A stretch of DNA of 64,000 bases from Eledone cirrhosa (GCA_964016885.1 OZ024741.1:231198001-231262000), one strand, 5' to 3'; numbered from the stretch's first letter, positions 50,660 through 64,000 are shown. Made by a program: numbers and translations. Notes: a model not told the origin generated them from the letters alone.

Positions 50660-53600
50660 ATTTGTGTTCGTCTACAGCGTTATGGTGCTACGCTAAAATC
50701 ACCGGTGGTTATGTAACTATACATTCAGCAATCCTCGATATGAGTGTTAAAATGTCGAACCTAAACAGTTCGAATAACGGTGAAAAGGAGACTGGAACGT
50801 CATGTGAAAGACTCTCACCCAGCAAGTGCTCCCTGGCTCAGCAGCAGAGACCTGGCTGTCATCCAAATACATCTGCTGTTGGAGGAAGATGAAGGAAAGA
50901 GACAAGAACCAACTAGCGAAAGAATTTAATAGAACTGTCATGAAATGCTACCTGAAGTGTAACCACATGGAAAAAGGCTATAGGAAACGGATGCATAACA
51001 TCTGGAACGTGATTGGTCTACTTAAATTATATGAACAAAAATTGGCCGGGCAGGCTCGGGTAATAAGAACTAATGGATGGATAAGCGAGTTGGAACAGGA
51101 GGAACTGAGCAGAGAGATTAAGTTGGAAATGGAGAGTGGAGTATGCCAGATAAACGAGCCAGTGGGAAATGAAGGAGAAAAGGTTGAGAGAACGGAGGAA
51201 ACATCCGAAGCAGACAATGATCTGAATGCTGACATAAATAACGTCTGGAACAAAGATGCGGCCATTAAGGAAATGAATTCTGGCGGGCTCGGACATGATT
51301 TGGTTCATATCCTGAAGTTAGATGGTGGATGAAATGAATAATGATTGTGGAAACTATTGAACCTAAGGTATGTAGACAGGAAAAAGTTAAATGAAACAAC
51401 AGCTAAGGTAAAGAAAGTCATCCCATTCGTTGAGGTGAGGAACCTTCACCAGTGCAACAATATCATCAAAGCAACCGCGAATGCGTTGAGGAAATTACTT
51501 GCCATAAAAACGAGAGGAAACAACAAACAAGAAAGATCAGAACCATGGTGGAAGAAACGACTGAGTGGTCAAATCAAGGAAATGAGAATAGACATTGGAA
51601 AGCTGGAGTCCTTACTGAAAGTGGCATTGCAAAACATAGACACTAAAGATAGATTGGAAATAAAATACAAAACTAGGAGGAAAAAGCTAAATATTAGCAT
51701 AGAGGAACTGATGCAACGCATTGTAGCAAAAAGTGTAAAGATTAGGCGGTATGAGAACAGAGTCAATCAGTATAGAGAGAACCGCATGTTTGACAACAAC
51801 CAGAATATGTTGTTTGGGCGGCTTGAAGGGAAAGAAAGAGGCGACGACGTGATCCCTGAGGCGGAACAGACTAAGACATTCTGGAGAGGAATATGGGAGC
51901 AGGATGTTGAACATAATGGTCAGTCAGTGTGGATTGAGACAGTTCAAAAGGAGATTAGTAAACAGGCACACCAACAACCTGATTTGAGTATCACAGTTGA
52001 AACTCTTAAACAGCAGGCCAAAAAACTAACCAACTGGAAATAACGAGGCCCAGATGGTGTGCAAGCGTATTCGATTAAAACTATAACATCCCACCACACG
52101 AAACTGACAACCATGTTCAATGACTGCTTGATGTCGGGTGAGGTACCAGAGTGGTTGACAAAAGGTACCACGGTTCTGGTAATGAAAGACCGAATCAATG
52201 GTAATGATGTTACCAACTATAGATTCATCACATGCCTGTCCATAAAGTGGAAACTGTTAACAAGCATTGTGTCTGAGGAAATCTACCATCACCTCCATAT
52301 AAACAAATTGCTACCTGACGAACAGAAAGGATGCCGAAAGAAGTCTAATGGCAAAAAAGACCAGTTACTTATTGATAAGATGATAATGAAGAATTGCAAG
52401 CGGAGACACACTGGTCTTGCCATGGGATGGATAGATTACAAAAAGGCATTCCACATGGTACCTTATTCTTGGATAACTAAAAGCCTAGAGATTTTCAAGG
52501 TGGCAGATAACATCAGAGAGTTGTTTAGCAAGTGTATGAGAGTCCTGGAAAACAGAGTTAACATCGGGTGGAGAATCATCGGAAGGCGTGAAGATCAAGA
52601 GAGGTATCGTCCAGGGATATAGTTTCCCCCTCTGTTGTTTGTCCTTGCCCTGATACCCCTGACCATTATACTGCGAAAATTGAGAGCAGCATACAAGTTT
52701 GGAAATGGAGAGCTTACCCTCAACCACCTCCGCTTCATGGGCGATCATAAACTCTTTGGGAAGAGTGAGGAGTTGGATGTACTTGTTGACACTCTCCGTA
52801 TTTTCAGCAATGATATATGTATGCAATTTGGTATTAATACGTGTGGAGTCCTTGTGATGAAGAGGGGTAAATTGAGCAGAAGCAACCGAATCCAGGTACC
52901 AGCAGGTGAGATGATAAAGGAAATTGACACTGAAGAAGGATACACATATTTAGGTGTTCAGGAGGAATATGACATCAAGAACAAAAAAATGAAGGAATTC
53001 CTAAGATCTGAGTACATTAGGAGAGTAAGGAGCGTATTAAAATCACATCTAAATAGTAGGAATGTCATAAGTGCAATGAATTCCCGAGCTGTGTCTATTA
53101 TTAGGTACAGTGCGGGAATTCTGAAATGGAATGTTGTTGAACAAAAAGAAATGGATAGGAAGACTAGGAAGCTATTGACTATCTACAACATGTTCCACAA
53201 GAGGAGTGATGTCGATAGACTCTACTTAAAGAGATATGAAGGTGGAAGAGATCTTATCAGCATAGAGGACTGTGTTCAGATGGAGAAAAACAACCTACAC
53301 AAATACGTGACTGACAGTAGTGAGCCAATGCTCAGAATTGTACTGAAGGAGAGGACAATAGAAAACTGAATTTAGAGATCCACAGACATAGAACTGGTTA
53401 AAAAGAGGAGATCTTAAAAAGGCTACAGATGGAATGCTAATGGCTGCGCAAGAGCAGGCCCTCAGAACGAAGTGGGTGAAACACCATATTTACAAGGAGG
53501 AGGATAGTCCACTGTGTAGGATCTGTGGAGAGAGACTGTTGCTCACATTGTAGCCGAGTGAAAACACCTAGCCCAGACTCACTATAAAGGCTGGGGACAT

Positions 53601-54151
53601 AATGTGATGGGCAGGGTAATCCACTGGCATCTATGCAAAGTAAACAATTTACCACATTCTGAGTAGTGGTATGTGCATAAGCCAGAGTTGGTGATAGAAA
53701 AGGTTCATGTGAAGGTGCTATGGGATTTTAGGATACAGACGGACGAGAAACTGGAACACAATAGACCTGATCTGGTGGTTTTGGACAAGGAAAAAAGATC
53801 GTGCCTGATTGTGGATGTAGCCTGTCCATTCGACACGAGAGTGCAAGAAAAGGAGAGGGAGAAAATTAACCGATACCAGGACTTAAAGTGGGTGGCAAAA
53901 AGGATTTGGAACTGCCATGAAGTCAGAGTCATCCAATTGTCATAGGCGCACTAGGTATATCTCAAAGAGTTTCCAAGGAGGGTTAAAGAAAATTAGTCCC
54001 CCTCGCTTTTTGGAACACATCAAAAGGCATGCTTTCTGGGAACAGCAAGAACCCTCCGATACGTCCTGAATATATGGGGCTGCAGGTAGCGGCTTGATAT
54101 TCATTTCAACAAACTTTCCAGTTAAATAACATCAATGACTGAATCTCAAAG
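50660..54151 (+). mobile_element. R4/Dong-clade element, near full-length but disrupted (same family as 45280-46770)
   Basis: NYRFITCLSIKWKLLT, DQLLIDKMI, WIDYKKAF, LNHLRFMGDHKLF, RPDLVVLDKEK; (AAT)n tail at 54152-54184. Confidence 0.9.
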
Positions 54152-54184
54152 AATAATAATGATAAAAATAATAATAATAATAAT

Positions 54185-57100
54185 TTCTTTATTAACCACA
54201 AGGGTTTACATAAAGTATACATTAAGGACAGTACAGGACAATACAGGACGGTACAAATGGGCATTTCTGCGTGTAAAATACAAAAACAGAGAATGTAATA
54301 AAAAATAACAATGAAAAATTCCACAATAGGGGGGAGACTTCGGAGGGACATTTGTGGAGAAAGCCCATTAAACGAACACAGTGACCCCGACCACCAGGGC
54401 TAGTGCCCTCTCCCAGTTTTCCACCTTTAATTTACAGACACATACTCAGAGTAGGACCATTCACTCGGGCCATTCTTGCTTCTCTCATCCATCTTTCAAC
54501 AAAATGCTGGGAAGAGAGCACTTCCCTCTCGACACTGATTTTCCTTTTCAAATGAAATTTGAAAAAGTTAATCAGGGCATCACCGAAGAGGTAAGTGCTC
54601 GTCTTCAGCCCTTTCAAACGTGTCCACCATACTATCTCTTTCGCCATGACCACCAGACAGATAAAAACTGTCTGCCCTTCCCGGTTAAAGGAAGAGGGCG
54701 GGGAAATCCTCACGATGAACTCAGCTGATAGCCGAATCCGTCCTACACGCGACAGCAGGTATTCGATATAAACCCACAAGGCAGTAATTCTCGGACACTG
54801 GACGAGTGCGTTCAGGACCGTTTCGTCGCCCTGCGCGCATCTCGGACATTATCGGCTGACGGCTCCTCCATGCCTGTAGAGTTTATCCCGAACTGGCAAG
54901 GCTCCCCGGTAGCACTGCCAGGCCAGGGATTTCTGGAAGTTGTCCATAGGCGCCGGACCGAAAGTTCTTCCGAAGAGATTGGCTAGTTGATTTTCGTCGA
55001 GGCCTAGATTTTCCCCAAGTACGTCGTCGCTCTTCCCCTCCACTAAACCTCTATAGAACGCCGAGTGGAGTTTCCACCGATCACATTGCCCGATTAGTCG
55101 AGGGCTGTGAGACCCTGAAGACAGTCCAGTCTCCAAGCGCTCCATATAGGTCTTCGCTTGACCCATGACTGCAGCTCCGTCAAGGAAACGAGCTGGGGAA
55201 AGACGCGTCTAGCAAACGGCGACCACACCTGATCACCGTCGAGGAAGAGGTGGAGATGTCGTAGCCTGAGCGCGTGTCTGCGCATCATCATCCACGGTAT
55301 GCCCAGCCCTCAACGTAGCGGGTGTTGACAACAGATGGACCATCTGACCATCGGAGCGCGTCCCTTCCACAAAAAGCGAAAGAGCAAACGCTCCAGCGCA
55401 GTCAGGCGGGGCTTAGGACAAGGTACGACGGTCAGGCGGTAGCAGATGATAGACACGATGTACGCGTTAGCCACCTCCGCTCGACCTTTCAGGGATAGCT
55501 TCCACTCCGCCCATTTCTGGGTGAGAGAAGCCACAATGCTCGTCACCTCGTCCCAGTTTTTGTCCGTCTGGAGGTGCGGACCGAACCAGACCCCTAGCAA
55601 TTTAACCGGTCCGTCCGTCCAGCGTCCGACGACGCTGTTGGACGGCATGGACCTGCCTCTCCAGGTGCCGAGCTGCAGGCCCACTGACTTTTCCTGGTTG
55701 ATCATTGCTCATGTCACCGCTTCGTATTCTCTTAATGTAGTGCCGATCGCCTCGATGTGTTTGGCGTTCGACACCACTACGGTGATATCGTCCGCATATG
55801 CTGACACGAATCTACCGCATCCTAGTTCGCGCGGGACGCCCCTCAACGCCTCCAGTTTGTGCAGTAATTGCTCGAGAGTCAATACGTACAGGAGGGACGA
55901 GAGGGGACATCCTTGAAAGGTGACCGTTCACTCTCATCACAGAACAGCTGTCGCTGTGCATGGCAGCGATCCAGCCTCTGAAGACGGGCTCAAAGCCAGC
56001 CGCCTTCAGGACTGCCGCTAGGTAACGATGGTCGACCCTATCAAAAGATTTCGACTGATCTAAATTAATCAAGGACCCACCCGTGCCAGGTTCCCTAGCT
56101 ACCCTCTCTACGATGTATCGCATGAGGTGGAGGTTGTCGTGATGGATCATCTGTCGGGAATGGCGCATGTCTGCGCCTCTCCCACCAGACCACCAACGAC
56201 AAGCGCCAACATCTTTGCTAGCACCTTGGCCAAAATCTTGAACTCTGTGTTTAGCAGAGTTATGGGCCTGAAATTATCTATGTTATGCCCCTTGTTCAGA
56301 TGCTTTGTCTTTGTCAGCAGCGCCACCGCTCCTCGGCTCACAGAGCTGGGATTTCTCCCGTTCTATTGCCAGTTGCACTAGACGTCCGCCAAGAGGCCTC
56401 CGAACAAGTCTGGCATCTGTACGTAAAGTTAGTAGGGCAGACCACCAAAACCAGGCGATGTATCCCTTGTGCAACCAGTCATTGCCTCCCATACCTCAGC
56501 GGCTGTTATCGGCTTTTCGCATCACTCCGCCTCAATGGCCGAGAGCCGCGTAAGTCCGTCGAGGTAGACACTAATGTCCATCCCTCGACTCGGCCCCCCG
56601 CTGCCCCCGAACAGCTGAGTGAAGTGTCGCTGAAAAGCTTCACACATTTGCCCGGGAACGAGTAGCATGCGCCCGTCATGGTCCACCAAAGACCGGATCG
56701 TGGCTTTGTTGCCACGACGCGCCTCCGCCACTCTGTCCCATTGAATGGCTTTCGTCCCCTCGTGTCTGAAAGCACGCATTCTAGCTCTAACAACGCAGCC
56801 TTCGTGCTTTGCATTGAAGAATTGGTCAAGCGCCAATTTCGCCGCAAGTACGTCGGTCGCGATTCCTTTGCTAGGGCACCTCGTCTAATTTTCTAACTAG
56901 TTCTCCCTCTGCTCTATTTTTCTCTATTGCTAAAGCCTTACTAAACCTAATGGACTCTATTATAATCGCTCTTTTCAGAGCAAACCACCACTTGTTGTTG
57001 ACGATGGCCCGCTTAACTAGTTCGCTAATCCGGTCTCTGTAGGCCTTACGCGTTGGTAAGGGCGCGTTTAGCTTCCAGTAGCCGGGTTTCCGTCTATGAA

Positions 57101-59348
57101 GCCTATCTAAGTCAAGCACACAGATCACGAATTTGTGGTTCGTGTAGCTGACTATCTTGAATTGTGGACAGCCTAATGCTAGACCTATCTATTTCCCTAC
57201 AAAATAATCTATCTAGATATGATCTGGATGACACTATGCGATTTGTCCAAGTCCACATTGGCACATTCGGGAAATCCAATCGGTACCTGTCAGACAGTTC
57301 AAAACGCCTGAGCAGGTTGGTGAGGCTCTTGCACCCTCCTCCCCTATTCGCTAATCCCACACAGTCCCAGCGTGCATCTAAGATCCCGTTCCAGTCGCCC
57401 ACTAACACTAAAGAGCGAGACTTTTCCAAGAAAGATCTCCAGACGCCGGAAGAAATCAGGCCGCCCTGCTACTCTCGGGGCATAGACGGCCGCTAGCCTG
57501 AAAGCTTGCCCGTCTCCGCTGGTCACGTCCAGCACCACCAACTTACCTTCTGGGTCCAGGAAGATGGCCCGTATGGCGAGATCCAAACCTCTCGGAAAAA
57601 GCACAGCAACTCCTCCCCCCGATCCCGGACGGCTGGGAGATGCGTACACATCGTATCCGCCGAAGATCGGTGCGAAGGCCCGTGCTTCGGAGATTCTGAT
57701 CTCGCTGATTTGCCACTACATCTATGTTTAGTGACCTGAGGTCGTTGAGCAGGTGGCCCTGCTTCCATGACGACCCCAAGCCACGCGCATTTATGCTGCC
57801 TATTCTGAGTGAGGTCATGTTGAAATAGAGTGGAAAAGATGGGAAAGAACACTTACCTTACTTTTCGTAGAGGAAGGATGGTTTCTCCACCCTTTTCACT
57901 TGATCTTCTGGTGAAGGGACCATTGAATCGTCTCTTCGGCTAGTCGTCGGCTCTTCTATGAGTATGTCCGAATATACTCTCCGGTTGAGAGTACCTCCTA
58001 GGTCTCTGAAATCACCAACTGCGTTGGGGAATTTCGTTTAATGTTTGTGTATTGTTTCTGTGCTATTCTTACCAGTCTTATGTTCGTCAGTGTTTTGATT
58101 GGTGCTGGTATTATGTAGTCGTGCTGTGAAATGTCTGTGTGTTCAATTATGTAAGTTTCTTGTTGTGTGTATTTATTGCCGTGCATTTGTTTTTCTGGGG
58201 GTGGTTTGTGGTTCTGCTATTTTCTTGTCGTTTATGCTGGGTGTGTGTGTTTTGTTGTTGTGTTTGCGATGTCGGTGCTTGTGGTGGTGGTGTTGAAGGT
58301 GTTGTTGGCGGTGTGATTATCGCCGGTGGTGATGTTGGTGCCAGTGTGGGTGGTGATGGTGTTTCTGCTGTGTTGGTATTACTGTTGTTGTTGTTAATAC
58401 TTCCACTGCTGCTGTTGTTCTTGATTTCCGTGGCGTGGGATTGGGTGCCACGGGCCTATCGTTCCTGGTTGCCGCTTGTCCTGTTGCTGGTATCCGTGGA
58501 GCCGGTTTCAGAAGGAGGGGCGTTTTCTCCTTTCTCAGGGTCTTCTCATTGCAGAAGGCATTGAGGTGGGACTTCGATCCACAGCGAAAGCATTTCGGGC
58601 GTTTGCCCTCAACACTTATGGGCAGTTGATTACCGTTATCGAAGTCTATCACATCCGGGATAGCTTCGATGCACTCCTGGTTGGTTTGGATTAACATCTC
58701 AATGGAGGTGCCGACCCAATCTTCTCTTACTTTTTTCTGTACTTGAAGTACAGTTGTTTTGTCCTCGATTCCGACGAGGACAGACGCCGCCAGCCAAGAA
58801 GGGGCCATCCCGGGAGGGGGGGGGGACGTGGGTCAGTTTGACCCTCAAAATTTTTTGCCCGCAGTAGGAGGGCACCAACACCATTTCCTCGCTCCCTAGT
58901 GTCACTAAGGATTGAGCCTTTGCCTTCTGAGGTGTGGCAAAAAGCACGTCTACGGTGGTATATTTCTTGTCTCGGGTGATATGCTTTTTCCGCTGCCACA
59001 CAGACCCTAAGGCTTTTTGTATTTGAGCCTCTGTGGCTCTTTAAACCCTACGGTATTTTGTGCTTACTGTACGGTACGTGACCGTACAGTGCTGTTGGGT
59101 TTCGAAACATTTTTCGGCTGCCTTGCAGATTGCTCGGTGTCCGGTTTTCGTCACCATCATCTTTGCTTCCTGTAATTCTTCATTTGTTATAAGGATGGTT
59201 TCCAGTTTCTTTGCGATACCTGCAAACGAGATTGGTTTTTCTTTCTTGTTGTTGTTGTTGTCGTCAGAGCTGCTGTTATTTGTGTTGTTGCTGCTAGTAC
59301 TACGACTGCTGCCACCGCTGTTGCTGTGGTTGCTGTTGTTGCTGCTGC

Positions 59349-59392
<44 letters not shown>

Positions 59393-59996
59393 TTCCTGCT
59401 GCTGCTGCTGGTGTTGTTTATGCTGCTGCTGGTGCTGTTGCGGCTGCTACTATTGTTTTCCTTGTCACTTTTGCTGCTGCTACTGTTATTACGGCTGCTA
59501 CTGCTATTATTCATGATGTCAGACGAATTAAATGGCTTTCCGTATTTACCGCTCACATTATTCTTCGTTTCGTTCCTCGGTTTGCACGTGCTCGAGGAAA
59601 CTATCAGAAACTATATTTTTCTTTTTCTTTACTGGCGTCGCTTGCGAAAGAGACGGGAGGGAGAGAGACACATTTAGAGAAGGGAGGGAGAGAGACAATC
59701 TTCTCTCTGATGTAGTGACGATTGAGGAATTAGAAGACGGAATGAGTGGGAGTGACTTGTGAAAATTCTTTTTAGTAGCCATGTTTTTTTTTGGTTTAAA
59801 AGGAATATTGGGCACAAAACCCCAATAAGCGATTATTTACCCCGAGGGGCCAAATAACGGGCAGAAAGACCCCTCTCACGAGGAGGAGGGTGTTTTGATC
59901 TACAATTTGGTTAAAGTTTTAAACAATTTACAATTGTTATAGCGGTTAAAAATGACTGTACCTTACAGAGCAGAGCCACCGTCAACCATGGCATTC
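54185..59996 (-). mobile_element. Tx1/L1-clade LINE copy B, full-length (~5.8 kb), frameshifted
   Basis: 5' UTR; ORF1 from 59556 with Ser/Asn-rich N-terminus and CCHC knuckle CFRCGSKSHLNAFC; ORF2 from 57818 with APE (SINARGL, LVGDWN, SYLDR) and RT; (AAT)n at both ends. Confidence 0.93.
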
Positions 59997-60016
59997 AACA
60001 ATAATAATAATAATGA

Positions 60017-63000
60017 TTTCATTTATTGGCCAAAAGGCCGACATATAGGGGACAATACAAAAGACTGGGACAGTGGGGTTTTACAGAAAAATCGAGTAAA
60101 CAATATGAATAACAATAACAAATTAACAATAACAAAGTAACAATAAAGTAACAATAAAGTTACAAGAACAAATTCCCCAATAGGGGGGATGACAACCTAG
60201 GGTTCGCTCAGGTACTTCACCAGTCCTGAACGACCCGACGCTTCGAGAGCACCCTGGAAGGGCACCCCTCTCCTCTTCAAATTTACCTACAGCCGCATGA
60301 CCAGAATAGGCCCACTCACACGGGCCATTCTCGCCACATTCTCCCACCTTTCAGCAAATGTACTGGGGGGAAGCACCTCTCTCCACCCTTACCTTCCTTT
60401 CCAAGTGAAACTCAGAAGAGAAAAGTGTCTGTCTTCAGTCCTTTCAACCTCGTCCACCATACAACCTCTTTCGCTACTGCCACCAGACAGAGGAAAATTG
60501 CCTGCCCTTCCTGGACAAAAGAAGGCGGCGGGTCGATCTTCACTATGGACTCGGATCCGTTCTACACGAGACAACAGCTGTTCAACATAACTCCACAAGT
60601 CAGAAATGCACGGACACTGGACGAGTGCGTGCAGAACGGTTTCGTCGCTCTGTGCGCATCTCGTGCAGGTACGTCTGACAGCACTTCCGTGCCTGTAGAG
60701 TTTATCTCGAACCGGCAGTGCCCCCCGGTAGCACTGCTAAGCGAGGGATTTTTGGAAATTATCCATCGTCCCCGGCTCGAAAGTCCTCCGGTACAGACTG
60801 GTTAGTTCAACTTCGTTGACTCCCAGAGTCAATCCGAGTGCGTCTATAGAACTCTAGAGTGGAAGTTCCACTGACCGCATTGCCCGCCTGGTAGAGGGCA
60901 GTGAGTGCCTGGCAACATTCCAGATGCCAGTCACCCAGTCTCGGTCTCTTCTTGACCGAGGACTGTAACTCAGTCAAAGAAATGAGCTGCGGAAATGACC
61001 GTCTGACAAACGGCGACCACACCTGTTCAGCGTTTAGGCAGAATATCTGGAGATGCCGCAGCCTCAGAGCGTACCTGCGCATCATTAGCCACGGCATGCC
61101 CAGCCCTCCACATAGAGGGTGCTGGCAGCAGATGGACCGCCTCACCAGCGGAAACTGACCCCTCCACAAGAATTTGAAGAGGAGCCGCTCCAAGATGGCT
61201 AGGCGCGAACGGGACAAGGGACGACAGTCAGATGGTAGTAGATGACGGACGCGATGTACGCGTTCACCACCTCCGCCCGACCTTTCAGTGATAGCTTCAT
61301 CCCAGCCCATTTCTGGGTGAGACTGACTACCCTGCCCGTCACCTCGTCCCAATTCTTATCCACCTGGAGGTCTGGCCCGAACCAAACCCCTAGCAACTTT
61401 ACCGTTCCGTCCGTCCAGCGCCTAACGACGCTGTTGGACGGCATGGACTTGCCTCTCCAGGTGCCGAGTTGCAAACCCACTGACTTTTCCAGGTTAAGTT
61501 TTGCTCCCGTCAATCTTTCATATTCCTCCAATAAGTTGCCCACCACCTCGATTTCTGAGGTCTCCGACACCATCACGGTGATGTCGTCCGCATAAGCCGA
61601 CACAGCTTTTCCGCATCTCAGTTCGAGCGGGATTCCCTGCAACAGCTCCAGCTTCCGCAGTAAAGGCTCGAGAGTCAATACGTACAGAAGGGAGTAGAGA
61701 GGGCACCATTGACGGACCGATCGAGAGACCTGAAACGGTTCCGAGAGGTGGCCATTAATTTTGACCATCGAGCAGGTGCCGCTGTGCATTGCAGCGATCC
61801 AGCTTCTGAAGACGCGGCCGAAGCCAGCCGACTTGAGGACAGCCTCCAGGTACCGATGGTCGACCCTATCGAATGCTTTCGAAGATCTAAATTGATCAGA
61901 GCCCTACCGAAGCCAGGTTTACACCCTACCCTCTCTATGATGTATCGCATTATGTGGAGTTTGTCGTGTATGGACCTGGTTGGGATTGCGCAAGTTTGCG
62001 CCTCCCCAACCAAATGCCCGACGACAAGCGCCAACCTCTTCGCTAACACCCTGGCCAAAATCTTAAGCTCTGTGTTGAGCAGAGTTATGGGCCTGAAATT
62101 GTCTAATGTGTCCCTCTTGTTCTCGTGTTTCCTTATTAGCGTCACTACGCCCCGGCTCAAAGAACTGGGAATACTCCCCTTTTGCTGGCAGTTGCAGTAG
62201 AGGGCTTCGAGGAGATTGGAGAACAAGTCTGGCATATTTACGTAAAGCTCGTAGGGCAGACCATCCAAACCGGGTGACTAGCGCTTCATGAAGCCGACAA
62301 GGGCATCCTGAATCTCAGCTGAAGTAATTGGCCTCTCGCAGCGCCCAGCGTTAGCCGTCGAGAGTTGCGGCAAGCCATCGATGTAGGGACTGAAGTCCGC
62401 CACCATCTCTGACCCGCCACTTCCCCCGAACAACCGAGCAAAATGTTGGCGAAAAGCCTCACACATCCTCTTGGAATCGATCAGCTCGTGCCCGTCTCGG
62501 TCCGTCAAAGACCGAATGGTGGTTTTATTTCCACGCTGCACCTCTGCCACGCGGACCCATCAAACAGCTTTGGTTCCCTATTTCTCAGAGCACGCCCCTT
62601 AGCTCTGACAATGCAACCTTCGTGTTTCGCATTGAAGAAATGGTCTAATGCCATTCTCGCCGCTAGCACATCAGTTGCAAAGCCACTACCAATAGCCTCG
62701 TCTAACTTATTTACCAACTCCTCCTCCTTTCTATTTTTCTCTAACGCTACTTCTTTGCTAAACTCTATCGACATTACTCTAATCTCTCTTTTGCGAACCC
62801 CCCACCATCTATTGTTGACGACTCCACCTGTCAACATTTTCTTAACTAAATTGTTGACCTGGTCCCTGTAAGCCTTACGTGTCGGAAATGACATGTTTAG
62901 CTTCCAGTAACCAGGTCCTAACCTACGCATCTTATCTAGGTCGACCATACAGATCACAAACCTGTGATCTGAATAGGCGACCGTTTAAAAACATGGACAG

Positions 63001-64000
63001 CTTACACTATTCCTGCCTATTTTCCTCATGAATATCCTGTCTATATACGATCTAGATGACTCTATGCGGTTAGCCCAGGTCTACACTGGCGCATTAGGGA
63101 AATCTAGTCGGTACCTGTCAGACAGTTGGGACTGGCTGATCAGGATTGAGGCTTTTGCACTCCCCGCTCCTATCGGCTACTCCCACACAGTCCCAGCGTG
63201 CGTCTAAGATGCCGTTCCAGTCCCCCGCTAACAGTAAAGGGCGAGACTTACACAGAGAGGCTTCCAGGCGTCTAAAGAAGTCCGGCCGTCATGCCCCAGT
63301 AGGAGCATAGACGGCCACCTGTCTAAAGGCACCACCTTCATTATTGTTCACGTCCAGGACCACCAACTTCCCGTCCGGATCCCGGAAGATCGACCTTACC
63401 TCGAGATCCAGGCCTTTCCTAAACAGCACTGCCACTCCGCCTCCCATTCCCGGCTGGCTAACAGATGCAATGATCTGATAGTCGTCGAAAATGGGGGCTA
63501 GTGCGCGCGTGTAGGAAATCCTGGTCTGGCTGATTGCAATTACATTCATTTCTATAGACCTAAAGTCGTTGAGCAGGTGACCCTGCTTCCAGGACGATCC
63601 CAGGCCTCGAACATTTAAACATCCTACTGTTAATACGGCCATGTTGGCAGGTTAAACAGAGAGAGAGGAAGGTTTACTTACCTTCCGGGCTCTTGTGAAG
63701 GTCGGGTTGTTCGACCTCCATAGTTAGTGGGGTTTCTTTTGGGAACCCTTTAAAAGTCTTGAAGTGGGTTTTACGTTCGGGGTTCCCACGTCCTGAGGAA
63801 AGCTGTCTCGTATTTCTTTGAATATGTCGAGCGACATTCGCACCAGAACCAAATCTTTCGGCACGCGAAATGTGCTTGATTTAAACATTTTCCCCTCTTT
63901 TTGTATATTTTCACTTCGTGCTACGAGGGCCATCAGTTCTTTGTTGGCCTTCCTGACGAGCACGAAGTTTTGTATGTTTTGTTGGTGTAATTTTATTTGT
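60017..64000 (-). mobile_element. Tx1/L1-clade LINE copy C (different family), continues beyond the window
   Basis: ORF2 start MAVLTVGCLNVRGLG at 63642; GPGYWKLN, FRPITLLNTELKIL, AYADDI; ORF1 end at >63700. Confidence 0.9.

Noticed and set aside
59060-59715. Plus-strand poly-Leu and poly-Ala ORFs resembling membrane proteins
   Set aside because: Antisense readings of the Tx1 ORF1 trinucleotide tract.

Overview
Eukaryotic, microsatellite-rich genomic DNA. It is most likely from an octopod cephalopod, inferred from a recurring tRNA-derived SINE and the repeat landscape, not from a database match. Most listed ORFs are spurious or transposon relics. The main host feature is absent from the ORF track as a gene: a plus-strand multi-exon gene with at least six intact 132/135-bp phase-1/phase-1 exons, each encoding one 8-cysteine EGF-like module (MEGF10/11/PEAR1/SREC-like), plus one pseudoexon. 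They run psiA-A-A-B-C-A-B and were amplified by tandem duplication of exon+intron blocks. The introns hold Penelope-like retroelement (PLE) relics with several hammerhead-ribozyme-like motifs, a non-autonomous Helitron, SINEs, a twice-present CRE/PLE chimera, a perfect 100-bp inverted repeat and a C/T-rich minisatellite. The last ~22 kb is a chain of non-LTR retrotransposons (Tx1/L1 clade on the minus strand, R4/Dong clade mostly on the plus strand) joined through (AAT)n tracts, suggesting shared microsatellite targeting. All calls come from reading the sequence by eye.
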